A DNA stretch of 57,819 nucleotides, the filler included, from Sphacelaria rigidula (taxonomy: Eukaryota): the NCBI GenBank assembly GCA_964200075.2. It is 9 parts of 9 records of this genome, joined end to end, with 100 filler letters (N's around TTAATTAATTAA, not from the genome) between each part and the next. Parts side by side here need not be neighbours in the genome. Positions count along the whole stretch, not along the records: positions 25,745 to 32,079 come from CAXNAA020020707.1; positions 32,180 to 38,514 come from CAXNAA020020708.1; positions 38,615 to 44,949 come from CAXNAA020020709.1; 6 more parts are not named here. One strand, 5' to 3'. This document shows positions 26,771-39,149 of the stretch, piece after piece (position 1 is the stretch's first letter; each line of letters starts with the position of its first letter). Position numbers and translations under genes: made by a program. The notes beneath the pieces are model-generated. The model was not told the DNA's origin. It saw only the letters and a program-made list of their open reading frames with translations, and made no database searches.

Positions 26771-27110
26771 CCGGCGTTGAGACCGTGTGAATATGGATAT
26801 ATCGTTCTCAACAGTCGTGTATCGCACTTCTTATCTTTCCAACCGGTGCAGGCTACAAAGCACTGTTCCCTAATTGGCTTGGTTGACGATGGAACGTGCC
26901 TGTTGCTGCGATAAGGGTATGTTGACATGACCTGACTTGATCGGTGTTGAGACAGTATTTCAATGGGTGTATCGTTCTCGACACTAGCTCACCATACTTT
27001 TAATCTTTCGAACCGGTGTAGGTCACAGAGCACTGTTTCCTAGCTGGGTTGGTTGGCGATGAAATGTGCTTGTTGTCACAGTAAGTTCAGGTAGATGGGC
27101 CTGACTTGAT
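26771..27110. repeat. Two-copy 170-bp tandem duplication
   Basis: GTTGAGAC..TATCGTTCTC..AACCGGTG..AGCACTGTT..CCTGACTTGA repeats at a 170-bp offset. Confidence 0.75.
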
Positions 27111-27637
27111 TGCATGATGATATCGGTATCTGAAACTCTTCCGATAGAATTGTCTTTTCGGTGCTGGGGTTATATGCGCATGGCAAGCCCACCCAGTTTC
27201 GATGTGTTAAATTTTTCGTCATATTCCAAGTGTGGGGTGCAGGTCACCGTTTCGCAACTGCAATGTTGGCTCATGAATCATGCTAATCGTCTTGATAGGT
27301 GCAGTGTGAGTAAGACGCTACTTCCCTGACTTGATTGATTGAAAATATGATATAGGTGATTAGGTGTTTCAGTAGAGTACATAAATGTAGGGCACCGCAG
27401 AATATGGCTATGTGATCGATCGCCACCAGCAACATCCCAAACCTATACTCAGAAAAGTCATTTTATTGGTTCGATGATACCGTATGGCCCTATATTTTGT
27501 ACACAGTCGAGAGGGTCACTTTCCGTGAGCTTGGTGGGCTGTCCCCTGATTATAGTCCTAAAAGAGACAACCCGGGAGGTGCCGAGTGCGATTTTTCACT
27601 GCTTGTGGTATTGACATTTGAAAAAGTGAAAAAGCTG

Positions 27638-27950
27638 GCGGTGTACTCATGATTTTGCACGCCGTAGTCATGTAATCATTGACCTCGTATCCCTACAAAG
27701 CCGGGGCGGAGCGCGCCGGGTCCTCGCCGGACCAGGCTCGCAGTTACCAAGCGCGAAGCGCCATGCTGTGTTCGGTGAGTCGCATGAAGGGTGAGCTGCA
27801 TCCTACGAAGATTGTTCGGCACGGAGCGTACTGATTATTTTGCATTTGGATAACAGCTTCCAGTAAGTTGCTTCATTTTCAGCTGCTTCATTTTCTGGTA
27901 TCGCCAAATCACGAGACAGCCACGGTTTACACACTGCCTCATGGGTGTCA
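27638..27950 (-). mobile_element. Near full-length ~310-nt non-autonomous retroposon (SINE-like); other copies at 2543-2680, 36018-36130, 40010-40135, 40990-41203, 45050-45435 plus 51286-51322, 51329-51384
   Basis: Dispersed copies on six contigs share CATCCCTACAAAGCCGGG..GGAGC or GCATGAAGGGTGAGCTGCATC blocks. The 3' end aligns with the LINE 3' end. Confidence 0.85.
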
Positions 27951-28354
27951 AAGGCTGTGGGTGTCGCTGTTCGAAAAGGGATCGTCAAAATGTAAAAATA
28001 ACCGATGCTCCGTGTGAGTATTGGGGTACAGCATGAAACACAAGAAGTGCTGTGTCACCCGTTTTGGTTGTTGGTCCAACTGTAAAGCTGGCACCACTGG
28101 ATCTAGCATGTGGAAGGCGAACATAGTGAAGTATGATATCAAGCACAAGAAGTGCTATGTGTCACCCGCTTGGTTGTTGGTCCAGCTGTGAGCTCTCACA
28201 ACTGGGCCCACCATGTGGAAGGCAAATATGCTACAGAATGACATGAAATACAGGAGATGCCGTTGATTGGATTGATTGCTTGTCGCACTTTATTTGATTC
28301 CCGTGAGGTCCAGCCACATGATGGACCCCGAAACAAAACAAAACTCAAACACCC

Positions 28355-28686
28355 CACACGCGGCCATTTGGCTACCTTCACAATTCCTCCAGGTGGGTAA
28401 ACGTTTCGAGCCTCTAGAGGAATTGAACGCCTCCGGAGGGTTCCCGGCCCTCCAGAGGACATTTTTTGGTTTCCTTCGGAGGAATTAAACGCCTCCGGAG
28501 GCATATTTTTGCCTCCGGAGGGACCCGTATACCCCCAAATTCCTCCGGAGGAATGCGCGGCCCTCCGGGTCGGTAGAGTTTGATTTCCTCCAGAGGGATT
28601 GAAGGCCTCCGGAGGCTTGTTTTCCCCCTGGAGGGTCGCGCATCCCTCCGGAGGCATTTTGGGGTGTAGCCAAATGGCCGCGTGTG
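28355..28686. mobile_element. MITE with 21-bp TIRs and an internal palindromic motif array
   Basis: TIRs CACACGCGGCCATTTGGCTAC / GTAGCCAAATGGCCGCGTGTG. Six perfect CCTCCGGAGG palindromes plus variants inside. Confidence 0.8.
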
Positions 28687-28999
28687 TCGCCGAAGAAAAG
28701 TGAAGAAAAACAGACAAGACAGAAAAGCCGAACAGAGTAGTCCAAGAAAAAGGAAGAAAAGCAACACAACAAAAGAGAAAAGAAGAAACAGAAATTGAAG
28801 GCCTCTGTTTCTTGGTTTCGGTAGAAGAGGTCTTGGGCAGAAACTACATTCACAGTCAATCGTAGAAAACGAGAAGGCCGTGGGAAAATATTGTGACCCA
28901 TCTGCTACGAGCTCACGTTTTTGGGCGCGAAACCTCTCATCCATGAACCCTACGGAAGCGAGGCACCAAATTGCTCTGGCATATACCTGCAGGAGAGAG

Positions 29000-30890
29000 C
29001 ACCTACGTGGCGAAAGAAGTGGGGAAAGGAGGCAGAGCACCAGAGTAGGTACAAACACACACCAGGGAGCACCGCAGAACCGCCCACCCAGGACAAATCA
29101 ACAGACAATGGGGACAGACAGGATCGTCTGATTTGCGGCTCTCGACGCAGCAGCCTCTCGTTTGTGACGGCGGTCCGATTATCGGTTGGCTTAGCGTCGC
29201 CACGTGTCTTCTAACTCTTTCCCCTCTTTCTCGACGCCAAGATGCCATTTGCCCATGTCCTTCGCGGCTGTGACCCAGTCGTACGTATCGTCAACCTCCA
29301 GACCGTAAACGCACCATTTCCGTTGCGCTCCTTAATGCGAACAGGCCCTAGTGCACGTAGGTTCTCCTGGACGTGATCCTCCCAATGTTTTGGGGGGGCG
29401 ACCAGCCTCTATGGGCCCCGGTGCGGTTAACCGTACGTGCATGCGTTCGTGAAGGCATGTTTCCTTCTGCCGGGCAACGGCTCCCGCAAACCAGGGTTGC
29501 CGTTTGCGGATAGTCGTCTTGATACGCTCGCAGTTGATCATCTCGAGCATGCCTCTGTACGAGAGAATCTTGTAGTCACTTCGACCTTCCCTGCGGAATT
29601 CGACCACTCGCAGTAAAGCTTGTGATAGACAGTGTACAGATTGTCGAAGTCCTCAGAACGTAACGTCCATGCAGCACATCTGTACAACAGAGGTTCCACG
29701 ACCTCCGCTTTAAGCACCCGAACTTTTATGGATAGCTGGGCGTTGGGTCGACCGTATAGTTGGTAACTATATTCTCGGAGACATGCTCGCGATGCGCCGA
29801 TGCAGCTGTTAATTTCGATGGACATTGTTGCACCCGCGCTGACATCATTACCACGTCAGTCTTCTTGTGTAGCACTTTGATAGTTACATATTTCCATTCG
29901 TGAGACACCTCAGAGTCATGCTACGATAGGGGGGGGGGAGTTTGGGCCGTTTTCTTCCACGAAATTCCACTTCAATCGCCGTTGAAAGTAGCCAACAGTT
30001 GTTCAAACGCGCTCGCTGCTGATGAAAAAGCTCATTCATGCTGCTTTACACCGCTTGTATCCGAATACAAGCGCACCGCGAGGATTTTAGGTCGTTTGCC
30101 GCATCCATGAGCACATTTTTTCGTGGAATGGCATCTCCCCCCCCTATCGTAGCATGGCTCCTCACCAGATGTCCAGATAGCAGCGACGATGAGGAAGTGA
30201 TACAAAATATCCGACATCTCCTCGTTCAGTCCAAACTTCAGGATTCCAGCCGGTGGACCATCCGGACCCGTCGCTTTGGCGTTCGACGTAGCTCTCAGAG
30301 CCTTCTCAGAGTCACTTGAGCTTGACAGGTCTCCTAGTGACAGCGCTATCGATCGTTGCGCAATCTGCTCTACTGCTGCTCCGTCGATGGTTGCCAATAT
30401 GGAGATACGTAATGTGGAGAAGTGCCGTTCCCATCTCTCACGGATGAAGTCTTTTTTTCTCACCGTATATTCCCGTTCACCGTATCTTCGCGTTCTCGTC
30501 TGCAGAATATATGCTTCTAGCTCTCGACTTGTTGTCCTGACAGTCTCCGCCCTACTTTGAGATATCTGTACCACTCCCTCATGTCCCCACTCGACCATAC
30601 TCCTCCAACTCTCTAGCATAGACATCCGTGTATCTGTCCCCTCCAACACGGAAAACCTCTTTGTTTTTTTTTCGGACGCTGCTCGCAATGTGCGCCGTGC
30701 GGGTTTATCTCGCGATGGTCCCAGTTGCACCGTCAATCTCGCCCTTTCCCCCTCATTCCAGGCCTCCTCGAACTCCGTTTGGACGACCGCTGTTGAAAGT
30801 CTAGGCTTATGTGGTGCTGTCTCACTGGGCAGACTGGCAAAGGTTGCACAGTGGCTGTCAAGCTCTTTTGCGACGTGAGCGGAGAACAAG
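29000..30890 (-). pseudogene. Degenerate RTE-like LINE reverse transcriptase region with an internal deletion
   Basis: Fragments ERWERHFSTL, KATGPDG, IWTSGEVSHEWKYVTIKVLHKK, KVRVLKAEVVEPLLY..AAWTL and IRKRQPWFAGAVAR, with stops and frameshifts. Confidence 0.85.
29913..30160. mobile_element. MITE with GAG..CTC termini and 4-bp TSD (CTCA), inserted in the LINE
   Basis: TIRs GAGTCATGCTACGATAGGGGGGG / CCCCCCCTATCGTAGCATGGCTC. Removing it restores the LINE frame IWTSGEVSHEWK. Confidence 0.88.
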
Positions 30891-32422
30891 CAAAGTCGGA
30901 TGGTTTTCGGTGGCGCTTTTCGGCCGTAACAGAATCGAGCACAGTCTCTTTTATTGCATGCAGAGAGCTAAGGAAATCTGGGTGAGCTTGGAAAGGTGAG
31001 AGCGATAGCGATCGAAATCGAACTAAAGCGCTATTACTTCCTGGTACAAAATCCGATTCTACACACGTACGTCCAACCAAACTATACCATCCACTTCAAC
31101 TGCCGCTGCTGACGCGTCAGTCTTGCCAGTGTTTGTATTGTGGTTGGGCCACGAGGTGATACGGGCATCACTCTCCGAGCGCAAGTACAGTCGGGGGTGG
31201 CACTGAGCCAGCGGCCGATCGCAATAAATAACTGCAGTAAAGTAGAATGATTCCAGCTTGCGGCACACGGATCATTGAGTCCGGATCAGTACTGCATCAT
31301 AAAACAAAACAAAGGCTCACATTCACGTGCAGAGAGGTGCTCTTGACTTGCTTGCGGGCGAGATGTCTCCGAGTGGTGACTGATAGCTTTGTTATTAGGC
31401 TTGGCTACTGGTTAGCTAAAACCGAAGTTGCTAGGTGGTGGAAGTTGTGATGGGCCGGGGCTCCGACTGAGCACGTCTGATTGGAACACGACACCAATAT
31501 GCGAATGGAATAATATCTACTGTACATGCCATGTGTACTTCGAAACGCCTACTACATATACAGTCGGTATCCACCGCAACATTCCCCTCCCTTGATTTGT
31601 GCACGCTGCTCATGCAAGACGAGGGAAGACACAACTCATTTTACTCCGGGGGTGATTCACTCAAGTTTCTATGCCATCAGCCTCATATCACGTCAAAGAC
31701 GAAAAAACCGCAGAATTTCGGGGCTAGAGGTGACCGCGGGTAAAACTCGTCATACAAAAAGATGGGCAAAACCTGTTATTCAGGAGAAAAAAATCTTCAT
31801 CGTTTGGGGGAAAAATCTCACACGCCCTGTCAGATCATAAGCGAGTGCTTTCGCATATGCTATGCCGTCCGAGGATCCCAGTTACACTGGGAACAGAAAC
31901 CACCGAAAATAGGTGGTGACTATTTTCCGATGGTAACGGCGCTTAGACACCCGTGATTGGTTACACCAATCCTGAGTAGTGTAGGACTCGAAAAAAGAGC
32001 TAACCCTGGGATTATCATCCGTGCCCTATCGAGGTCCAGTCCTCATCGCAGCAGAGTCGAGCGGTTTGTGTGTGAGACANNNNNNNNNNNNNNNNNNNNN
32101 NNNNNNNNNNNNNNNNNNNNNNNTTAATTAATTAANNNNNNNNNNNNNNNNNNNNNNNNNNNNNNNNNNNNNNNNNNNNGCTTATGAGCCTCTTTTTTCG
32201 TGCAACCAAATATCCCCCCCCCCCCATCGTAGGATGACTCACTGTTACGCTGTGTGCGAAGAGGTGAAAACGGTGGGCGATATGAGCGGCCGTCATTAGT
32301 GCTCCTGCATAGTGCCGGGGAGACTGAGCGAATGAGTTTCGTCAGTCGTTCCGCGGGTGTTGAAATGGTCTTCGTGTGTGCTTTCGCGGCGCCGAAGACG
32401 TAAAAACGCCGGCGTTGGCACG

Positions 32423-35400
32423 TCATGGATCAGTACAACCACTCATAGATGAACCAGGGTTTCTGGTGTTGGGGTTCGAGCGGTTGTGATTCGGCCCCAT
32501 GCGTTGGTGTCTATCAGCGGAATACGGGTGACGGTGAAACGAGCCCTCCCTTCGCTGAGAACCAGCGCTGTCATAGTTGTTGGGGCAACGGTCGCGATGT
32601 AACCGAGTGTCGTCCCGGTGGTTGGAAGGATGGCGAGAATTACGGTGGGGTGTACCGTAATCACGCATGCGTTTTTGCCATCGGCGCCATGCTAGTCCAC
32701 TCTTCTGCAGATCAGGGTTCATGAGGTCGAAGACGTTGCTACAAAGACGAGTACAATCGCGCATACTGTGGCCTTGGGTGTTATAGTTGATGCAACTATT
32801 CGTGTAGCGGCTGAAGGCATCTTGCCTAGCAGCAGACGAGAGAAGTGGATTCCACAAATGTGGATACTCTGTTGTAAATGCTGAGGTAGAGAGAGTATAA
32901 ACATCATACCAAGTCTTAGCGGAGCACGGCCAGCCATCGAAACTAGCGCAAAGCGGATCTCTCTTGTTTCCAACGTTCATGACGGAACCGGCGACTGAGG
33001 CGGGCACCCATGATGAACGAGGCGAAGTGTGAGACCGGCTACGGGACCCTGAAGGGGTCGAGGGAGACACAGAAGCAGAGTGAGAACTCACAGGGGAATA
33101 TTTCCCGCCGCGAATGGCTGGCGTCACGCAACCTCTTGATGTATAAACGCACTCCACATCGCATCCACAGAGGAATAAGGCACTTCGCGGTGTGCTAAGG
33201 CACCTGGAAACAGCGACAGCATCAGTATCGGTTGGGTACTGCTCGGACCCACTACTCCTCACATATGATTGACACATTGCGTCCGACGGGTCAGTCTGGC
33301 GGCCGACCCCTGTAGTGCCGGAAACGAGGAGCTTGAATTCTCGAAAGTAGTCCGCAGAGGGGACATCTGTTGCGACACCTAAAGAACCAAGTCGTTGCAT
33401 TGCCCTCCCTTGAGTGCTGCGATCGAAGTAGCCGGTCAAACGGCGCTCCAGATCACGGAGTAGAGCCGGGCCTGGCTTCCCCTTGGCGCGGTCCGGATCC
33501 ATAGCGGCCATAAAACCATCAAGGGCTTGTGTCAGAGCAGCGGCAGTGTCGGGCGAGCGACGATTGATGGAGCGGTGCAGAACTTTGTGGAGAGGAGTCT
33601 GCCATCCACCAACCCAGTCAGAATCTTCGAAGCGTTGAGCACGCGTAGAGCCTGCCAGCTGAATGATACTTCGAACAGTACGACGTACAGATGTGATGAG
33701 GGCAGAAGTGAATTGCCCCGAGGCTTTGTTGTCGGCTACAGGCATGATTTTCACGCGCGAAAGTCTTTTTCACATCCATTTGAATGTATTCTCTCTAGAT
33801 GGCGGCGACGCGGGTGGGTTCAGCTCGAGCGGCGGCCGCTGCTGCACCAGCTGCGGCTTGCTGTCGGTCATCGGCGGCAGCAGCCGGAGGGCGAGCCGAA
33901 GTGAAAGATAATGGTTTACCTGAGTTGCTGTCATTCAAAAGGCCTAAACTCTGACCCGGAAGATCTGCTAGACGCGGTGTAGCGCGACTTCGATCGGCAG
34001 AAACCGACGGGGGCGAGCTTGTGGCAGACCGAATCCTGGCCTTGGCGGAGGAAGAGCTTGAGGAGCCTCCGCTCTGGTGTGTCGTGTTCAAACCGGTTGT
34101 GAAACGGCTCACACGACGTGGTTGGTTCTTCCCAAAGGAGGAGTTTCCACCTCCGTGGGGGTTAAGAGAACTACCGCCGCGATTACGGTCATGGTTGGCA
34201 ACATCATGCCTGTGATGTCGGCGTAGAGAACTCACCGGGATTCAACCGCCATCACCTTGGGCTGGGGCGGACTTAAAGGCGGCGCCAAACGCGTCGAAAA
34301 GCCTGACAATGGACAGTTCGTAAGGGGTGGTGGTTTGTTGGATGTGGCGGGCTAATTGGCCAATGTTAAGCGAAGGGGGACCATCGGGAAAACAGACCCC
34401 GTCATGGTCCAGATAGGAAGCGACTGCGCCCTGGAGTAGTCGAGCGAGCGCTAAAGTCAAGCTCACGAGAGCTCTGCAAAGGATTCGTGATGGTGTACTT
34501 GCCCGAAAGACACTGCACAGAGAGCGTGAGCAAAGATATGTCATCGTAGTGGGTGGAGAAGCGTCGCCGTGTGGCGCCAGTGTCGGCGCGGGCGGTCGGA
34601 GTAGAGGGGGGTTGGGGATGGCGTGGGGTGAGAGCGAGGAGCGGCTTCGGCGCGAGAGGCTCGATTCTGCTCTATGTGGGAGTCAATTTCCTGCAGCCGC
34701 GCGGTAGTGTGCTGGATCTGAGCCTCCTCATTGGTGACCTCATTAACCCATTCCTGCGTTGTCGCGTGGATGTCCGCCAGCGGACGTTGAGCAGTTGTAC
34801 GTGCGTTTTCGACTTATGAAAGTTCCTTCTCTAGTTTGCGAAGTGTAGCGTAATACTCCTCGGTGAGGCATGTAGATGCCGCTGCATCTGCATCGCGTTG
34901 CCAATATGCGAAATAAGTCATGGCTGGCGCGTGGAGATCATACTCCGGTACAAGTTGTTCTTGAGTGGTGCGACCATGGGCCATGAAAATACGTGGGAGC
35001 AGCCCGAGCGGGCAATACTCCGGACCCAACTGTGGGCGGTGCTGCTGCGGTGAAGGCTCAGGGATGGGCAGCGCGACAATGGATGCAGGGGGTTTGAAGC
35101 GATTGCGAGTGCACACGGGGCCCGGGAGCCAGTACGACTGCTACTATTGGCGTCAGTGTCGGCGATGGTGGCGGTGGCGGTGGCGGTGGCGGCGGCGGCG
35201 GCGGCGGCGGCGGGAGCTGGAGTCGGGGCAGCCGAAACTCCGGCGGTGAGGGCTGCGGTGGGGGGCGGAGATATGGGATTCTCCACGATTTTTTATACTG
35301 TGCGCTGTAGATCGGCAAGCTATCGCCGTAAGAAACGGATGACTAAAGCTTCAGAGCGGGAAGAGATATCGCGTGTGAGTCGAGCACGGCGTCGGCGATG

Positions 35401-35884
35401 ACGTGAGTCGTAGGGTGGTTGGTCACTAGAATGCGCTATCGACGATTCCTGTGTTGAGGGGAGATCTGAAAAGATATCCCTCATGACGTCAGCGTCGACA
35501 GTAACATTATTACGTGGGGAGCGCCAACGTGAAGAAGCCCTCGACGACCTACCGTCGACGCCAATATGAAGAGATTTTCAAGTTTGTCAGGCGTGCTCTA
35601 GGTTGCACGCCGCAAGCTGTGCAGATGAATCGATCAATCCAGCAAGCAGCACAGCTCAGCTCGAAAATCGTTTCCGAAACAGGATACCAAGAGACAACTA
35701 CGCAAATGCAGGTTGATATCCACTTGATCTTGAAGACTCTTGTTCACTCGTATTCGTTATCGCTCTGTCCAATGCTCTTTCACGTCACTCACCGGACAAT
35801 ACCTAGCTTTCGCCCAGCTCCACGTCGCAAGTAAACGACGTGGGGGCTGCTATAACGGTAGCCTGTTACCTTTGATCGAATTCA
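32423..35884 (-). mobile_element. 5' part of an LTR retrotransposon: LTR (~35884-35567), tRNA-type PBS (35563-35548), long decayed gag-like ORF
   Basis: TGAA..TTCA-bounded segment followed by TGGCGTCGACGGTAGG. Co-oriented ORF pieces 35286-32423 end with a degenerate CCHC knuckle CINYNTQGHSMRDC. Confidence 0.65.
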
Positions 35885-36939
35885 CATCCGACCTAGTCAA
35901 GCCCGATCAGACCCGCAACTATAGGTCCCGGATTTTATCATAAACGCCGTCTAGCCTCATGGCGGTCGGAGGTCGGGAGAGGGAAAAAACGAGACGGCGG
36001 GTGAGAGGGAGCGGGAAGGGGGGGTCGTACTCCTTAAATTGCATGTCACAGTCATGAGACCATTAACCTCGCACCCCTACAAAGCCGGGAGGGAGCACGC
36101 TGGGTTTTCGCCAAACGAGGGGAGATATGTTTGGTCGGAGTTCGAGCTCACCCCGGATATCGCTCGCATTTTCTATGATCCCACAAGGGTACATCAGGAT
36201 TGGAAATGACCAACCCCAACCCCCTACGAACCCCCTTTTTGGGCCCGAGATTTTTAACAAAAACACGTAAAATGTTTTTTCATTCGTATGTTGCCGTAAC
36301 ATGCCGCGTTTGTCTCGAGACTAGGGCTTGAGGTGCCAAGCACGTTTGTGCGCTGGAAGGTGACATTAACAGTGTGTGTGCGAGATGAATAAACGTGTAG
36401 GGGGACAGCGGGCTGGGGGGGGTGGGGGGATAATATTCCGTTGACCCGAGTCACTTCCGACGAATGCAGTCGAATGGTTTTTGCTGGGGACTTGTGTCAC
36501 TTAGTTGCAACCCATCGTGCACTCTTGTTCATGTTTAAAGGCGCAAGCAGCAAGCATGTCTCGCGACATTTACCTGGCAATTTTCTTGCGCTGACCGCCG
36601 TGAAGGTTGCGGCTACTGCAACCGAGCCAAAACTTGTCTGACCCGCAGTCACTCTCGACTTTAGTAATCGCAGTCGACATTGGCATGGAGCGTGCGAGCC
36701 TTGGTGTAAGCTGCTGCATAATTGTGTTGATCGTCAGGAGACGCTCATTGGCAAGCAGAAAGACTACTACGCGAGCAATATCCAAACACTGTTGTGCATT
36801 ATACATTCGTGAATAAGCTAAGTTGGAGACCCTGTGTGGTATACGCCATCCGCACGACTACCTACTTAGACTACAGAGGCCTTCAATAATCACAAGCGAA
36901 CCGCCTTTTTGCGTGCCTCAAACGTCCACGCTGGCTTTT

Positions 36940-37680
36940 AGGTGGCAGGACAGATTTGTCCGCCTGCCCCGCTGCGCTGTCGACCGAACAAGACCTGCCA
37001 CGCTTTCTTCTCCTTCTTCTTTCTCTTCTTCTTCTTCGTCTTTTTTGCCCTCGTCACCTCGACCGCACAGATTGCGCACGCAAGGAACTCGTTTGCGCCC
37101 CCCCCCAATGCACAAAATGCCGGGTCGTCCAACGGATGGGAGTGCGTGAAGCCCTCGTGAATTGGCAGTGGGTTCAGGTCGCCGATCTGGTAATGCAGCT
37201 GCGTTGGAAGGGCACCCCAGTCCTTCACTCCATCGACCGCGCAAATAAGAGCCTCTGCCAGCCCCCGGAGCTTATCGTGTGTGAACAGGAACGTTTCGAG
37301 GTCATCGCTCATGCGGGGACCAAGGGGTATCGCAAGATTGAAGGAGACTGTATGATGCTCACGGTGCAGACCTTCGTGCTGCGTCCGATCCCACTCCCAC
37401 CTTCTTTCTGCGTCCGCCGATGACCGTCCCTTGACCTCAGCGATCCCTTAGAGGCTGCCATGCACCTGCCCTCCGGAATTCACAACCCCTGCGCCGGCCT
37501 TCTTCACAACAGCAGTTGTCTGATACAGAGCTAAGGAGTACGACTCCATGTTACCGGGAGATGCCAAAAATGTAGCAAACGGATCTGCCGCTTGAAGAGG
37601 CACCTCCGCACATGAGGCACCATCAGCGGACGGCGTCGGTGTAAACTCCCTGACCCTACAGAGACGATCCCGAGAAGCTG
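36940..37680 (-). pseudogene. Protein-like reading frame of unknown function with one in-frame stop
   Basis: Frame runs ..LALYQTTAVVKKAGAG..GSL*GIAEVKG..RRWEWDRTQHEG..MSDDLETFLFTHDKLRGLAEALICAVDG... No recognisable domain. Confidence 0.3.
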
Positions 37681-38452
37681 ACTTAGCCTCAGCACCGAGT
37701 TAAAAGGAAATGGCACTCTGGCGAATGCATTTTCGATACGTCCAAAGGTGATGATATGTGAAGTGTGTGAATTCAGCGTGCCAATCGTGTGCCAACAGTG
37801 TTGTAAGCTCTGTTTGACGGTGCGGTAAAACGACAAACGCACTAGTGTAACCACCACAACTATGCTGCAGCTGATTTCCAGAAAGGTGCTAGGTTCCGCG
37901 CTTTTGTCCACACGAATGTTTGCTGCCTTACTTATCCGAGTTCATGTCTGCGGGACAAACTAAGACAAGGAAACCTGAACATGTGCCCCTCTTCTGTTTC
38001 TTTTCGGTAAGGAAGAAATGCGAAACCAGTTACGCCGGTACGGTAAACTACATCATGTACGCACGCGAGTGAGTAACGAGAGCAATCCAACTAAATTTAG
38101 AGTAATCCTGTTTGCTTGCCAACAGGAGACAGTAAGTTAGAAACTACACAGCTCGGATATATAAAGGGGCATACCTCGCAGTCGTGTGTTGTATTCCAGT
38201 CTTGAATAGCTTGCGCAAGATGTCCCTTCCTCGTCAACAAACACGACGCATGCTTCGCTACTGCCGCCAACCATGAGCTCCGCATGAACGACGACGGAGT
38301 CGGTCGTGGCGACCGCGCGCCCGGGCAAAATTCCGTTCCTTTTGAGCCCCATCGCTTTGCACGATAGGGTAGTTTCGGGGAGCGGGACGGGGGATGTTCA
38401 GCGCATAGCCCGAACACGGAAAGCGCTCGACTGGTGAGCCATGCTGCGTTAG

Positions 38453-38514
38453 GGGGGGGGGGGCGTACTCATTTGTTGCTTGCCTTAGTCGTTTGACCAT
38501 TGACCACGCATCCC
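38453..38514 (-). mobile_element. 3' tip of the oligo(C)-tailed LINE
   Basis: G-run followed by CGTACTCATTTGTTGCTTGCCTTAGTCGTTTGACCATTGACCACGCATCCC. Confidence 0.85.
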
Positions 38515-39149
38515 NNNNNNNNNNNNNNNNNNNNNNNNNNNNNNNNNNNNNNNNNNNNTTAATTAATTAANNNNNNNNNNNNNNNNNNNNNNNNNNNNNN
38601 NNNNNNNNNNNNNNGAAAATGGGAAATCGTCAAGTGGAAACCCCACTCAAATCACAAGTACTTGGGGGGATTTTACGGCGTGCATAATCAGGGGATGAAC
38701 GAGATCTCCGGTCTGTTCGTGCTTTTGGTCGGTGACACTTTTTTGGCTCATTTTGGGGGGTCAGGCGCACCCATAACTGTCTCACCGCTTCGTTTTTTTT
38801 CAATTTACGTGGCGAAGTTCAGTGACATTGCTTTTTGTCCCATGCATATATATTTTTGTGCTCTGATTACGTGCTCGAATTGCTGGCGCTAGGCAGCTAG
38901 AATTTACCGCGATTTTGAATAGATGTGAAGCCAAATGGCGTAATTTTCTTCCCTCCGGCGGGGCCCCCTCACCAGCTGGGGGGGGGGGCGTTTAGGCGAC
39001 TCCGCCGCGTTGCCTTACCAGGCAACGCTGGCAGAGTCGCGAGGCGCCTTCGCCGCCAGTTATCCAATTTCAACTGGTGGTTGTAACTGGTCATAGTTTC
39101 CTGGAAGCAGTTACATGATTAGTCTCACCAGTTCAGAACTCTAAGTAAG

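Noticed and set aside
28390..28660. CRISPR-like array of palindromic repeats
   Set aside because: Repeats are only 10 bp, spacers are irregular and related, the array is enclosed by TIRs, there are no cas genes, and the context is eukaryotic.
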